Made by a program: the position numbers and the translations under genes. Under the pieces are notes generated by a model. It was not told where the DNA came from. It did not search any database and saw only the letters and a program-made list of their open reading frames with translations. Positions 9,410 through 19,190 of a stretch of DNA of 64,000 nucleotides are shown piece by piece. Location: the NCBI GenBank assembly GCA_043821485.1, contig JBDRCU010000037.1, positions 28,746 through 92,745 on the forward strand, written 5' to 3'. The first letter of the stretch is position 1; the number at the start of each line of letters is the position of its first letter. The DNA comes from Parcubacteria group bacterium (lineage in GTDB: Bacteria; Patescibacteriota; Minisyncoccia; 2-02-FULL-40-12; IGHO2-01-FULL-4-A).

Positions 9410-11170
9410 ATGGGAAGATTTAAAAGACTAATCCCCTATATTTGGCCGCATATCAAGCGGTATCCATGGTCATTCTATCTGACCTTTATTGGCTATGGCA
9501 TAGGATGGGGCTTAACGGGACTCCTTGTCCCATTCATATATAAAGATATCGTTGATGTCATCTCTGGGGCGACTGACCCATCTTTGGTAGCAGACCCATT
9601 ACTCGGTCTGATTTTCAAGCTTCTTGTCATAATTGTTATCTACAACATACTCTTCCGCATATCAGATTGGAGTATTATACGTTTTCAAAGCAAGATCCAA
9701 CGCGATCTTATCTCATATCTATTTGAAGAACTAGGAAAACATTCCTATAAGTTTTTTGTTAATGAATTTGCAGGAAGTCTGGTGACAAAAATAAAACGAT
9801 TCATAAGAGCGCTGGACCGCATGCATGATCGTATAACTTTTGATTTCTGGAATGCGATTATACAGCTTGCTGGGATGTTTGTTATTTTGTTTTATGTCAA
9901 TACAATAATTGGAATAATATTTCTATCCTGGTCTATAATTTTTATTGTATTAACAATCCTAAGCGTTAAATATCGAATCAAATACGATCTTGCCGAAGCT
10001 AAGGAAGATTCAAAGATAACAGGACTTCTGGCTGACACGATAACAAACATTCTTAACATCAAAATGTTTGCTAAGAGTGACTACGAGAATACCAGATTCA
10101 GAGAAAGCGCAGAAATACAACACAAAGCCAGATATGCAGCCTGGAACTTCAATATGAAAATATATGCAGTGCAAGCTGTATTCATCGGAGCTCTTGAAAT
10201 TAGCGGGATGTTTGTAGCGATTAAACTCTGGCTGGCAGGATCTATATCCCTAGGTACGATTGTCCTCATTCAAAGCTACTTTGGAATAATCTTCAACCGT
10301 ACATGGAACCTTGGAAGAGCAATGTCCGAATTCAGCAAAGCCCTATCCGATGCTGATGAAATGATTGATATACTGGAAGAACCTATAGGGATTAAGGATC
10401 CTCTCAAACCTAAAAAAGTGAAAATCAAAGAAGGCAATATCTCTCTTGATGACATGACCTTCTGCTATGGCGAGAAAGGTGAAGATGTCTTCTCTAAGTT
10501 CAATTTGGATATTCCATCTGGTCAACACATAGGTATTATTGGCCATTCAGGATCGGGTAAAACGACCATAACTAAACTTCTTTTAAGATTCGCAGACATA
10601 CAAAAAGGCAGTATTAAGATTGACGGACAGGATATACGTCATATCACACAGGACGATCTTAGATCTGAGATTGCATACGTACCACAGGATCCGATACTAT
10701 TCCATCGAAGTCTTGAAGAAAATATTCGTTATGGAAATCTCAAGGCAACCGAAGAAGAAGTTATTGAAGTTGCTAAGAAAGCCCATGCACATGAATTCAT
10801 CTCTGCCCTACCGAAAGGATACAACACTTTGGTTGGCGAGCGCGGAATTAAATTATCTGGAGGAGAACGCCAGCGTGTTGCAATTGCACGAGCCATGTTA
10901 AAAAACACCCCAATCTTAATCCTAGACGAAGCAACAAGCTCGCTTGATGCAGTTAGTGAAAAATTGATTCAGGAAGCATTCAAAGAATTAATGAAAAACC
11001 GCACAACTATAGTCATTGCTCACAGACTCTCAACTATCCAGAAATTGGACAGGATTATCGTACTTGAAGACGGAATTATAGAAGAAGAAGGCACGCATAA
11101 CGAACTTATTAAAAAAGAAGGTATCTACCACAATTATTGGACTCACCAAGCAGGAGGGTTCATAGAATAA
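9410..11170 (+). CDS. ABC exporter, fused permease/ATPase (MsbA/MdlB-like)
   Basis: TM domain, GHSGSGKT, LSGGERQR, ILDEATS; SD-like GGGAGGGAG before ATG 9410. Confidence 0.92.
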   Translation: MGRFKRLIPYIWPHIKRYPWSFYLTFIGYGIGWGLTGLLVPFIYKDIVDVISGATDPSLVADPLLGLIFKLLVIIVIYNILFRISDWSIIRFQSKIQRDLISYLFEELGKHSYKFFVNEFAGSLVTKIKRFIRALDRMHDRITFDFWNAIIQLAGMFVILFYVNTIIGIIFLSWSIIFIVLTILSVKYRIKYDLAEAKEDSKITGLLADTITNILNIKMFAKSDYENTRFRESAEIQHKARYAAWNFNMKIYAVQAVFIGALEISGMFVAIKLWLAGSISLGTIVLIQSYFGIIFNRTWNLGRAMSEFSKALSDADEMIDILEEPIGIKDPLKPKKVKIKEGNISLDDMTFCYGEKGEDVFSKFNLDIPSGQHIGIIGHSGSGKTTITKLLLRFADIQKGSIKIDGQDIRHITQDDLRSEIAYVPQDPILFHRSLEENIRYGNLKATEEEVIEVAKKAHAHEFISALPKGYNTLVGERGIKLSGGERQRVAIARAMLKNTPILILDEATSSLDAVSEKLIQEAFKELMKNRTTIVIAHRLSTIQKLDRIIVLEDGIIEEEGTHNELIKKEGIYHNYWTHQAGGFIE

Positions 11171-11190
11171 GCTTGCAAAATAAAACGCAA

Positions 11191-11219
11191 AACGGGCTGG
11201 TCCCCATGGACCGGCCCGT
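11191..11219. terminator. Intrinsic terminator between convergent genes
   Basis: ACGGGCTGGTCC-ccat-GGACCGGCCCGT; T-tract on the minus strand. Confidence 0.7.
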
Positions 11220-11272
11220 CGCAAGAACATTTGAAAGTATATTATTACCTCCTACTGAATCCAGTACTACTT

Positions 11273-11671
11273 CTATGGAGGCAGGATATCCAATAAAACA
11301 TCCTGAGCCAAGGGGCCTGATACTCTGACAGCATGACCAGTCCTGATCGGCTGACCTTCGGGAGATTTCACCATATCGTATGGCGAGATTTTCATCTGGA
11401 CTCGACAGGTCTCGTCTCCCAGAAGGATCTCCACGCAAATAGCGCCCTTCGATTCCCTGACTTCAAGGGTAAGGTTGCGCTCCCCGGACCCAAAGCCTGC
11501 ACTATGAAGCTCTAGGCCCTGACCCACGATTCGCACAGGAACCACGACTCTGGAGCACCCCTTAATGATACCTGTGACGGACTCTTTTCTCTCTCCTCCT
11601 CCCCCGTCGAAAGTACGTACTTCCGGCTCCTTGGGCCCTTTTGTGATGACGCTCTTCCTTGCTTCAGTCAT
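11273..11671 (-). CDS. Hypothetical protein (GC-richer orphan)
   Basis: ORF MTEARKS... preceded by GGAGGG; the longer ORF overlaps trpS, so the start is placed at 11671. Confidence 0.6.
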   Translation of the reverse strand: MTEARKSVITKGPKEPEVRTFDGGGGERKESVTGIIKGCSRVVVPVRIVGQGLELHSAGFGSGERNLTLEVRESKGAICVEILLGDETCRVQMKISPYDMVKSPEGQPIRTGHAVRVSGPLAQDVLLDILPP

Positions 11672-11758
11672 GGCTTTCCCTCCACATCTCTGATATACAG
11701 AGCATACTACATAGTTACAATTCTCGGATATATCGTCAATATCTGCTATAATCAAAAT

Positions 11759-12736
11759 ATGAAAATATTCTCTGGTATACGGCCTTCGGGCAAGCTCCAT
11801 CTAGGAAACTATCTTGGAGCAGTAAAAAATTGGATCGAACTGCAAGACAAACCTGATACAAAACAGGTTATTTATGCTGTTGTTGATTATCATGGTATTA
11901 CCACTCCATTTGCTCCGGCGACCTATCATGAACAAATCACAGACGCAATCCTTGATTATCTTGCTGCTGGCGTGGATCCAACTAAATCCTTAATTATCAG
12001 ACAATCCAAGGTACCCGCTCATACAGAACTTGCATGGATATTTAATACAATTACGCCCATAAGCTGGCTTGAACGTTTGCCAACCTACAAAGAGAAGCTG
12101 GAACAAACTCATGGCAAATACAATCATCTTGGCTTACTCTCCTATCCAGTTCTCATGGCTTCCGACATATTAATATACATGTCAGATGCAGTTCCCGTTG
12201 GAGACGATCAAAAAGCCCACATCGATATTACGAATGAAATCGGCAAGAAGTTCAATTCAATGTTTGGCGAAACATTTCCTGCAGTAAAGATGCTTCGTAC
12301 AAAAGGAGAACGCATTAAATCTCTCCAAGATGCAGATAAAAAAATGTCTAAAACCGGAGATGAAAGTATAGCCTTAACAGATGACCCAGATACAGTTGCA
12401 AAAAAGATCAAAAAAGCAGTCACTGATTCCGGAAGTAAGATTACATTTGACGAAAAAAAGAAGCCAGCAATATCAAATTTGCTGACTATCTATCACCTGC
12501 TCACGGATAAACCAATATCATCCATCGAATCCGAATACGAAGGCAAAACATATGCTGATTTTAAAAATGATCTTGCAGAAGCAACAATAGAATTTATAAA
12601 ACCATTTCAGGAGAAACGTAAAGAATTCGAAAACAATATGGATGAAGTTCGTAAAATTATGACAGACTCAGAGGAAAAGGCTAATGAAATAGCAAACAAA
12701 AATCTAGCTCACATCAAAGAAAAGATAGGATTGTAG
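11759..12736 (+). CDS. trpS: Tryptophan--tRNA ligase
   Basis: PSGKLHLGNY (HIGH), YPVLMASDIL, VPVGDDQ, KMSKT. Confidence 0.96.
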   Translation: MKIFSGIRPSGKLHLGNYLGAVKNWIELQDKPDTKQVIYAVVDYHGITTPFAPATYHEQITDAILDYLAAGVDPTKSLIIRQSKVPAHTELAWIFNTITPISWLERLPTYKEKLEQTHGKYNHLGLLSYPVLMASDILIYMSDAVPVGDDQKAHIDITNEIGKKFNSMFGETFPAVKMLRTKGERIKSLQDADKKMSKTGDESIALTDDPDTVAKKIKKAVTDSGSKITFDEKKKPAISNLLTIYHLLTDKPISSIESEYEGKTYADFKNDLAEATIEFIKPFQEKRKEFENNMDEVRKIMTDSEEKANEIANKNLAHIKEKIGL

Positions 12737-13001
12737 ACATAATACCAGACAACATATACATATTCTGTCAAGGTTTACTGTTTATACAAAGTATGGTTAA
12801 ATAAAGATAGAATCATATATTCATAAAAATGAGACAGAAAACTGTCTTATTTGTAGTACCTTAACAGTGAGTTTGTTTCAGTTTGTTGGATGGGATTCAT
12901 AGTTCGCATGTGTGTGGATTATGAATCCCATCCGACGCAATTCTGTAGCGGATGAAGAAGGGACTCGGCCATTGCGGCTAGAGCCCAGAAGGAGACAGAC
13001 G

Positions 13002-13496
13002 ATGAAGTACAAGCTTCTCGTATCCGTGTTCGCGCTCCTGGCGGCTTCGCTACTGATGGCTGGGTGCGGTGGCAGTGGACCGACTAACTCCCTGGTCCAG
13101 CAGACCGTGCAGTCGGTCAGGATCGTAATGCCTGTTGACAGGGCGACGAGCCAAGAATCTCCGCCCGGACTGAGGAGCAACGGCTACACAAGCTTCTTGG
13201 TGGAAACAAAGGGTCATACCAACAGCCCGACTCTTCAGGCTTTCTTCGAGGAATGGTCTGCTATCGAAGGGGAGCCTCTATCTCTGACAGCGCACTTCAA
13301 AGACCTCGAGATACAGAACAACACACCTTCCCCCTCCGCGAACTGGAAGGTTATACCCCCGCAAGATTGGCCCAAAGCGACGCTCACCCGGCTATACATC
13401 TCGGTTCAACCTAAAGATCCCCGGACTGGCGATGGAGTAGGCGGAGATTACATCTGGGTCTATATCAACGGGCTCCCCACTGATCCGGCTGGCTAA
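13002..13496 (+). CDS. Putative lipoprotein (GC-richer orphan)
   Basis: SD AGGAGA; MKYKLLVSVFALLAASLLMAG-C lipobox-like signal; downstream hairpin plus T-tract. Confidence 0.7.
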   Translation: MKYKLLVSVFALLAASLLMAGCGGSGPTNSLVQQTVQSVRIVMPVDRATSQESPPGLRSNGYTSFLVETKGHTNSPTLQAFFEEWSAIEGEPLSLTAHFKDLEIQNNTPSPSANWKVIPPQDWPKATLTRLYISVQPKDPRTGDGVGGDYIWVYINGLPTDPAG

Positions 13497-13519
13497 CAAA
13501 ACCGAAACAAACTCCGAAC

Positions 13520-13568
13520 CGACGGACCGTCACCATCCTATCCTATATGGTGGCAACGGTCCGTTTTT
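13520..13568 (+). terminator. Intrinsic terminator
   Basis: ACGGACCGT-CACCAT...ATGGTG-ACGGTCCGT followed by TTTT. Confidence 0.65.
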
Positions 13569-13633
13569 AAATACAAGAATCCATCAACAAGCTAAGCATA
13601 GAACTATCTGCTAAAAGATATATAATAAAGATA

Positions 13634-14983
13634 ATGAAATATTCACGTATATTTATCTTTTGTATAATCGTAATTCTACTTTTTACATTTCTATTTTTTG
13701 AAAAAGCACCTACAACTAATGCAGTAGGGACTTGTTATTGGACAAATGAATGTGGCAATCAGCAAAGGTTTGTTTACTGTCTTGAGCCAACTACTGTTTG
13801 CTCCTGTGAAAGGGGCGAAACCATACAATGCCAACCTCCAGACCCCAGCATCGTAGAACGTATAGATTGCGAATGTATAGATCCAAGCACCCCAACCCCC
13901 ACCCCCACTCCAACTCCTACACCAAGTGGAACCCCTACTTCAACACCTACTTCAACTCCAACTTCCACACCAACCCCAACACCTCCACCCACCCCAACCC
14001 TCAACGTCTATCTCTGGGCTACTCCTAATACAGGGGCTCCTCCTTTAGAGGTTCTCCTTGAAGCAAATATTTCTGGTACTGCAACAGGGAAGATCAATTA
14101 CTGGATGTGGTGGGATTGTACAAGTACAACTACAAGTCCTTCAACAGCTGCAGGCATATGCGGTGAATTACCTGATAACCCTTCTTCCGGTAGCTGTGCA
14201 AGTAATGAGCATGGAATCAAATGCAAGGAGATATACGATAATCCTCTACAGGTTGTACATGAATATATTGGTTTGGGCAGCTATACTCCCAAGGTAATAG
14301 TTTCTCGAAGTACTGCACCAAATGACGAAGATAGAGCTTCTGTTGATGTAATGATACCTCCTACTGCAACAATAGATACTCTTGTTCCCCCTAACTACTG
14401 CATATCAGGTCCTGCAACTCAGGTTAACTGGATATATTATGATCAAGGCGGATCGCCTCAGAAATATTACAGGGTACAGGTAGATAACAATTCAGATTTC
14501 AGCAGTCCGGAAAAAGATTCAGGAAAGGTGCAATCCGGTTCAAATTCATACTTTGCAAGCGGTCTTGGCTTCGGGGAAACATATTACGTGCGCGTAAGAG
14601 TCTGGAATCAAGACAATGTTAAATCTGCTTGGAGCGGATCTGAATCATTTTCAACTCCTGCTTATGCAGCGCCTAATATTGAATTCAGCTGGATACCAGA
14701 AGATCCTGCAGTAGAAACTGTAGTGGAATTTAGTGATGATTCTACTGTATATGGAGGGTCGCCAATATGGAGTTGGGATTTTAACTGTACTGTAGAGCCT
14801 CTTGAATGCGATCTTTCTGAATCTTCAGATCAAAATCCAAACAATGTATTCCATATACAAGATGATTATTCTATAAACCTTGAAATATCAGATGGATTGC
14901 ATACATGCAATGAAACTCAATTGCTTTCAGTGCCTGCAGAGAATCCAATACCCTATTGGATAGAGGTGGGGCCGTGGGATTAA
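13634..14983 (+). CDS. Secreted/surface protein: Cys-rich N-domain, Pro/Thr linker, PKD- and FN3-like domains
   Basis: Signal peptide, (PT)n linker, YYVRVRVWN..SAWS (FN3-like), WSWDF (PKD-like). Confidence 0.8.
   Translation: MKYSRIFIFCIIVILLFTFLFFEKAPTTNAVGTCYWTNECGNQQRFVYCLEPTTVCSCERGETIQCQPPDPSIVERIDCECIDPSTPTPTPTPTPTPSGTPTSTPTSTPTSTPTPTPPPTPTLNVYLWATPNTGAPPLEVLLEANISGTATGKINYWMWWDCTSTTTSPSTAAGICGELPDNPSSGSCASNEHGIKCKEIYDNPLQVVHEYIGLGSYTPKVIVSRSTAPNDEDRASVDVMIPPTATIDTLVPPNYCISGPATQVNWIYYDQGGSPQKYYRVQVDNNSDFSSPEKDSGKVQSGSNSYFASGLGFGETYYVRVRVWNQDNVKSAWSGSESFSTPAYAAPNIEFSWIPEDPAVETVVEFSDDSTVYGGSPIWSWDFNCTVEPLECDLSESSDQNPNNVFHIQDDYSINLEISDGLHTCNETQLLSVPAENPIPYWIEVGPWD
13887..14000 (+). repeat. 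Degenerate 6/12-bp tandem repeat encoding a PT/PTST linker
   Basis: ACCCCA/ACTCCA/ACTTCA-type units; protein TPTPTPTPTPTPSGTPTSTPTSTPTSTPTPTPPPTPT. Confidence 0.85.
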
Positions 14984-16233
14984 TGGGTCAATAGATCAAT
15001 CAACTCCTGTTTCTTTTGTTCAAAAAGTTCTTTTGTTTTTGCTTCAACAATACAAATTACAGCAGGATGAGTGCTTGATGGCCTAATAAGCATTCTCCAG
15101 TCCGGATAAGTTATATCCACGCCGTCTAATTCATTTATGCCTCCTTCCGGATATTTTTCTTTAAATTCTGCCAAAATCTCATCCATGGATCTAGGTAATT
15201 CAGAAAGTCCATATTCAATCTCACCGGAATTAAACCAACTGTCTATTGAACTAGTCAATGTCTTAGCATCTGTATCTGTAATCTCTAATAGATATAGAAT
15301 AAGAACCATCGTCAATGCTACACTCTCAACAAATCCCATTGCTTTAAACATGTAGTGCCCTGAAAACTCTGCTCCAAATTCAGCGTCATTATCCCGCATA
15401 GTTTGTTTAATAAATGCATGTCCGGTCTTTGAAAGTATCGGAGTGATATTGTGATGCTTTACGTAATCAAGCACTGAATGTGAAAATTTTACATCATGGA
15501 CCATAGCTTGTCCTTTAAAATAGCTTCGGGCAATAATAGCGCCTAATATATCCCCTCTTACCTTAATGTTATCCTTATCACCTACCTGAATGCGATCACC
15601 ATCAGGGTCGCAAGTAAATATTATATCCGGATTGTTGTAATCCATTGTCACGCCAAGCTCAAGCAATATAGCTCCCAGCTCATCAACTATCATTGAATTT
15701 GCCTCAAGCTTCACTCTTCGCTTAAACTGCATCGGTTTAATCCCTGATGCTTTAATGACAGCCTCCGTGTGGTCTGCCTTAATATCCTTACTGATTACCT
15801 TGCCTTTAGGCATGAGTGGTTCTACTCTGCGAGTACGTAACATCTGTTTTAAAATATCAAAATTATCATTGTCTCCCCCTATCACCACAGCATCCTTACC
15901 AACAGGCTTAAACCCGTTATATTCATCTCCCAAATGAGATGCTGTTATCATCACTCCCCCGTCAGCACCTTCATTGATTACGCCAAAGTAGCACAAGGGC
16001 GTACTCGTTACTCCAATATTTACAACGTCACAACCTGCGTGTGTAATTCCTTCAATCATCTTACCTGCAAGAGTTGCAGATGTATCACGCATATCGTGAG
16101 CAATTACAATCTTGCGAGCCTGTAAAAATTCAACCAAAACAATGCCAAATTGATATGCAAATTCATCATCAAATTCCTGGCCATAAAGACCTCGAATATC
16201 ATAAGCTCTGAATATATCTGGATTAAAAATCAT
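14980..16233 (-). CDS. Phosphomannomutase/phosphoglucomutase
   Basis: FRAYDIRG, ITASHLG phosphoserine loop, DPDGDR, GAEFSGH, RPSST. Confidence 0.92.
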   Translation of the reverse strand: MIFNPDIFRAYDIRGLYGQEFDDEFAYQFGIVLVEFLQARKIVIAHDMRDTSATLAGKMIEGITHAGCDVVNIGVTSTPLCYFGVINEGADGGVMITASHLGDEYNGFKPVGKDAVVIGGDNDNFDILKQMLRTRRVEPLMPKGKVISKDIKADHTEAVIKASGIKPMQFKRRVKLEANSMIVDELGAILLELGVTMDYNNPDIIFTCDPDGDRIQVGDKDNIKVRGDILGAIIARSYFKGQAMVHDVKFSHSVLDYVKHHNITPILSKTGHAFIKQTMRDNDAEFGAEFSGHYMFKAMGFVESVALTMVLILYLLEITDTDAKTLTSSIDSWFNSGEIEYGLSELPRSMDEILAEFKEKYPEGGINELDGVDITYPDWRMLIRPSSTHPAVICIVEAKTKELFEQKKQELIDLLTH

Positions 16234-16319
16234 AAAGTGTGTAAGGGGTATATAACCATAAAATCAGGCCTAGGTCAAAAATCATTCACAATACAAGATC
16301 ATCATGCTAGTATTTCCCT

Positions 16320-17669
16320 ATGCAATTATCTGATATTAAACACGTCCATATGATAGGCATTAAAGGCACAGGCATGTCTGCTTTGGCTTTAATGCTCACT
16401 AAATTTGGTATTCGAGTCTCCGGATCTGATACGAAAGACTCGTTTCTGCTTCTGGATAAGAAGAATTTTGTTAAAAACAGGATTAAAATATTTCCTGAAT
16501 TCAAAGCAAAGAATATCTCCAAAGAAGTAGATCTTGCGATAGTATCCACTTCGCATAATAAAGGGGGTAATCCTGAAGTTAAAGAAATTAAACGCCGAGG
16601 AATTAAGTTAATAACCTATCCTCAGATGCTTAGCATGATTACACGCGAACTCCCATCAATTGCAATTATTGGAAGCCATGGCAAGACTACTACTACGAAT
16701 CTGCTCGGACATATAGCTTTGAATAATGGCATTCGTTCTGCAGTACTTTCTGGACCAACAAGCCAACAAGTCTTAAATGAAGCAAAAAAAGATCCTGAAT
16801 CATTTATCTTCGAAGCTGATGAGTATGAGAACAAACTTCGCCACTACAATCCGCAAATGGTAATACTCACCAGTGTTGATTACGATCATCCTGATTTTTT
16901 CAAAACTCCGACGCAATACAAAAATGTTTTTAAAAATTTCATAAAACGTATTCCCAAAACAGGTCTGCTAATCTACTGCGCTGACGACAAAAATGTTCGC
17001 GAGGTTGCCAAACTAGCAAAATGCAAAACATTAGCATACGGAATATCCAGCCATGCCAAAATCAAAACCAGAATCATCAAACCTCATCTATTTGAGGTAC
17101 TACACGGCAGAAACAAAGCCCGTATCAAAACGCCTCTCATTGGCACACACAATAGCCTGAATGCCACGGCAGTGCTCCTCGCCTCTCGCGAACTTGGCAT
17201 AACCAACAAACAATTTCAAAAATCCCTTTCCACATTCAAAGGCTCTCCTAGAAGATTAGAGAAAATATCTACAAAACCGCTTATCTATGACGACTACGGA
17301 CATCATCCGAATGAAATCCGTGCAGCTATAAGGGCTCTTCGCGACGAGTATCCAAAGCATGAAATCTGGACAGTGTTTCAACCTCACACCTATACACGAA
17401 CTAAAAAATTCCTTAAAGAATTTGGCAAATCGTTTGAAGATTCAGATCACACCATAGTATTAGATATATGGGGTTCGGCAAGAGAAGATTCTGGTATGGT
17501 ACATTCAACGGATCTAATGTTTGAAATTGGCAAAAATGGAGATACCGTATACCATCTCCCTTCAATGAAAAAGGCTGCCCGATTCCTAAAAAACATTATG
17601 AAAAAGGATACCCTAATCCTAACAATCGGCGCAGGCGATATCTGGAAAATCCATGAATTGCTAGTTTAG
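16320..17669 (+). CDS. murC: UDP-N-acetylmuramate--L-alanine ligase
   Basis: IGIKGTGMSALA, GSHGKTTT, EADEY, DDYGHHPNEI, FQPHTYTRT. Confidence 0.92.
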   Translation: MQLSDIKHVHMIGIKGTGMSALALMLTKFGIRVSGSDTKDSFLLLDKKNFVKNRIKIFPEFKAKNISKEVDLAIVSTSHNKGGNPEVKEIKRRGIKLITYPQMLSMITRELPSIAIIGSHGKTTTTNLLGHIALNNGIRSAVLSGPTSQQVLNEAKKDPESFIFEADEYENKLRHYNPQMVILTSVDYDHPDFFKTPTQYKNVFKNFIKRIPKTGLLIYCADDKNVREVAKLAKCKTLAYGISSHAKIKTRIIKPHLFEVLHGRNKARIKTPLIGTHNSLNATAVLLASRELGITNKQFQKSLSTFKGSPRRLEKISTKPLIYDDYGHHPNEIRAAIRALRDEYPKHEIWTVFQPHTYTRTKKFLKEFGKSFEDSDHTIVLDIWGSAREDSGMVHSTDLMFEIGKNGDTVYHLPSMKKAARFLKNIMKKDTLILTIGAGDIWKIHELLV

Positions 17670-17942
17670 AATAGCAAGAGCCCTCTTATCGAGGGTCTCT
17701 GTAGGTACGAATTAGATACTCCACGGTCCCTCTCCCACCCTATTATGGAATCAAGACCGTGGAGCACTCGCGTCTTACTCCGTGAACTATAATAATATAA
17801 CAAATCTCCTATGCTTTCAATTGGTATAGTCAGGACACAATGAAACAAATTCCCTTTTATTTTAAAATTAAATTACCTCCGCCTGATTGGAGGACTATAC
17901 GAAAAAAGTCTTTATAGAAAAAATACTGTGTAAAAAATTACC

Positions 17943-18914
17943 CTAGAATTTGGGGGAGCCAAAGAAGTTCGGATGGGTTTTAACTTTACCACCTATTTTT
18001 GAGCAAATATGCTTCTTCTGAGCACAAGACACCCTGAGACTAGGCAGAGATCTATTTGTAACCTTTGATACCTCTTTAAGTGTCATAAGTTTTTCTACTT
18101 TTTCGTTATAGCGATTACATATAACAACATCCATAGATATAGCCAGGCTTTTACTGATTAGATTTTCAAGTTGAACTAAGGGTTTTATAAATGGACTAAT
18201 CTTTTTACCACTATAAAGCATCTCGCTAACTATAAGATCGGCCTCTTCTAAGGCCCCTATGTATATTTTTTTATCTTTTTCGGAACCTTTAAACGCTATA
18301 TTTGGAAACCCATGACCAACAAGAATAAAATTTATAAGTATTCTACCCACTCTACCGTTCCCGTCTGGAAATGGATGTATTTGTTCAAACATATCGTGGA
18401 TTACCGCTATTTTTCGTATTAGATTATTGGTAGAAGCATTTATTATTTTAATTAACTTTTCTATATGTTTTTCTATTTCGTGTGGGTGTGATGTTTTAAC
18501 TTTCGCTCCTGTAATCTCAATGTCCCCTTTTCTCCACTCACCCGGAGACCAACTAAAATATGGGTCACCCCTAAACATCATGGAATGCATTTGTCTTATA
18601 ATTGCCTTACTAACACTAAATTGTTTAGTCTTGTATTGTTGAAAGGCTAATTCATAATTAGCCAAAGCGGCATCAAAATAACCAAGAACTTTATATCCCG
18701 TTTGTGTATATTTAGGATCCCCCAAGATATCCTTGATTTCTGCACGACTAACAAAATACCCTTCAATCATAAGAGAGTTTCGTGTGTCTTCTTCTAGTAA
18801 GGCAAGCCACTCTTTATTTCTCACTGAAACTGTTTCTATTCCTCCTAATTTTTCGAACCACGTATGTCTTAATTGTGTAGCAGTATTTGGAATAATTCCT
18901 TGTTTTGGGGTCAT
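17943..18914 (-). CDS. Fic-domain protein (AMPylase) with C-terminal HTH-like tail
   Basis: HPFPDGNGRVGR catalytic motif; N-terminal SLMIEG inhibitory motif. Confidence 0.92.
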   Translation of the reverse strand: MTPKQGIIPNTATQLRHTWFEKLGGIETVSVRNKEWLALLEEDTRNSLMIEGYFVSRAEIKDILGDPKYTQTGYKVLGYFDAALANYELAFQQYKTKQFSVSKAIIRQMHSMMFRGDPYFSWSPGEWRKGDIEITGAKVKTSHPHEIEKHIEKLIKIINASTNNLIRKIAVIHDMFEQIHPFPDGNGRVGRILINFILVGHGFPNIAFKGSEKDKKIYIGALEEADLIVSEMLYSGKKISPFIKPLVQLENLISKSLAISMDVVICNRYNEKVEKLMTLKEVSKVTNRSLPSLRVSCAQKKHICSKIGGKVKTHPNFFGSPKF

Positions 18915-19190
18915 GTTAGATATAATTGATTATTATTTAAATCATGAAAATACGTTGTATTTCCACAATATACCCATATTATCATATAATTTCATAGATG
19001 TCCAGATAGCTAAAAAGTACCCAATTGTGCTTATAAATAAGGACTTTTTTGCATATTTAATTTTAACGCATTTTTTCAAAATTATACATTTTTTACTCAT
19101 TATTCGGAAAACTGAGAGTACTGGGAACTTTCTAATTCTAGAGTTTTCTTCCTTTAATAATCCCTAAAAATCCTATATAGTACAAAGACT

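Noticed and set aside
13490-13570. Integron attC site after the lipoprotein gene (GGCTAAC at the stop codon)
   Set aside because: No matching GTTRRRY end box, the hairpin plus T-tract fits a terminator, and no integron integrase is in the window.
13774-14004. Val/Gly-repeat ORF on the minus strand
   Set aside because: It is the antisense shadow of the Pro/Thr linker.
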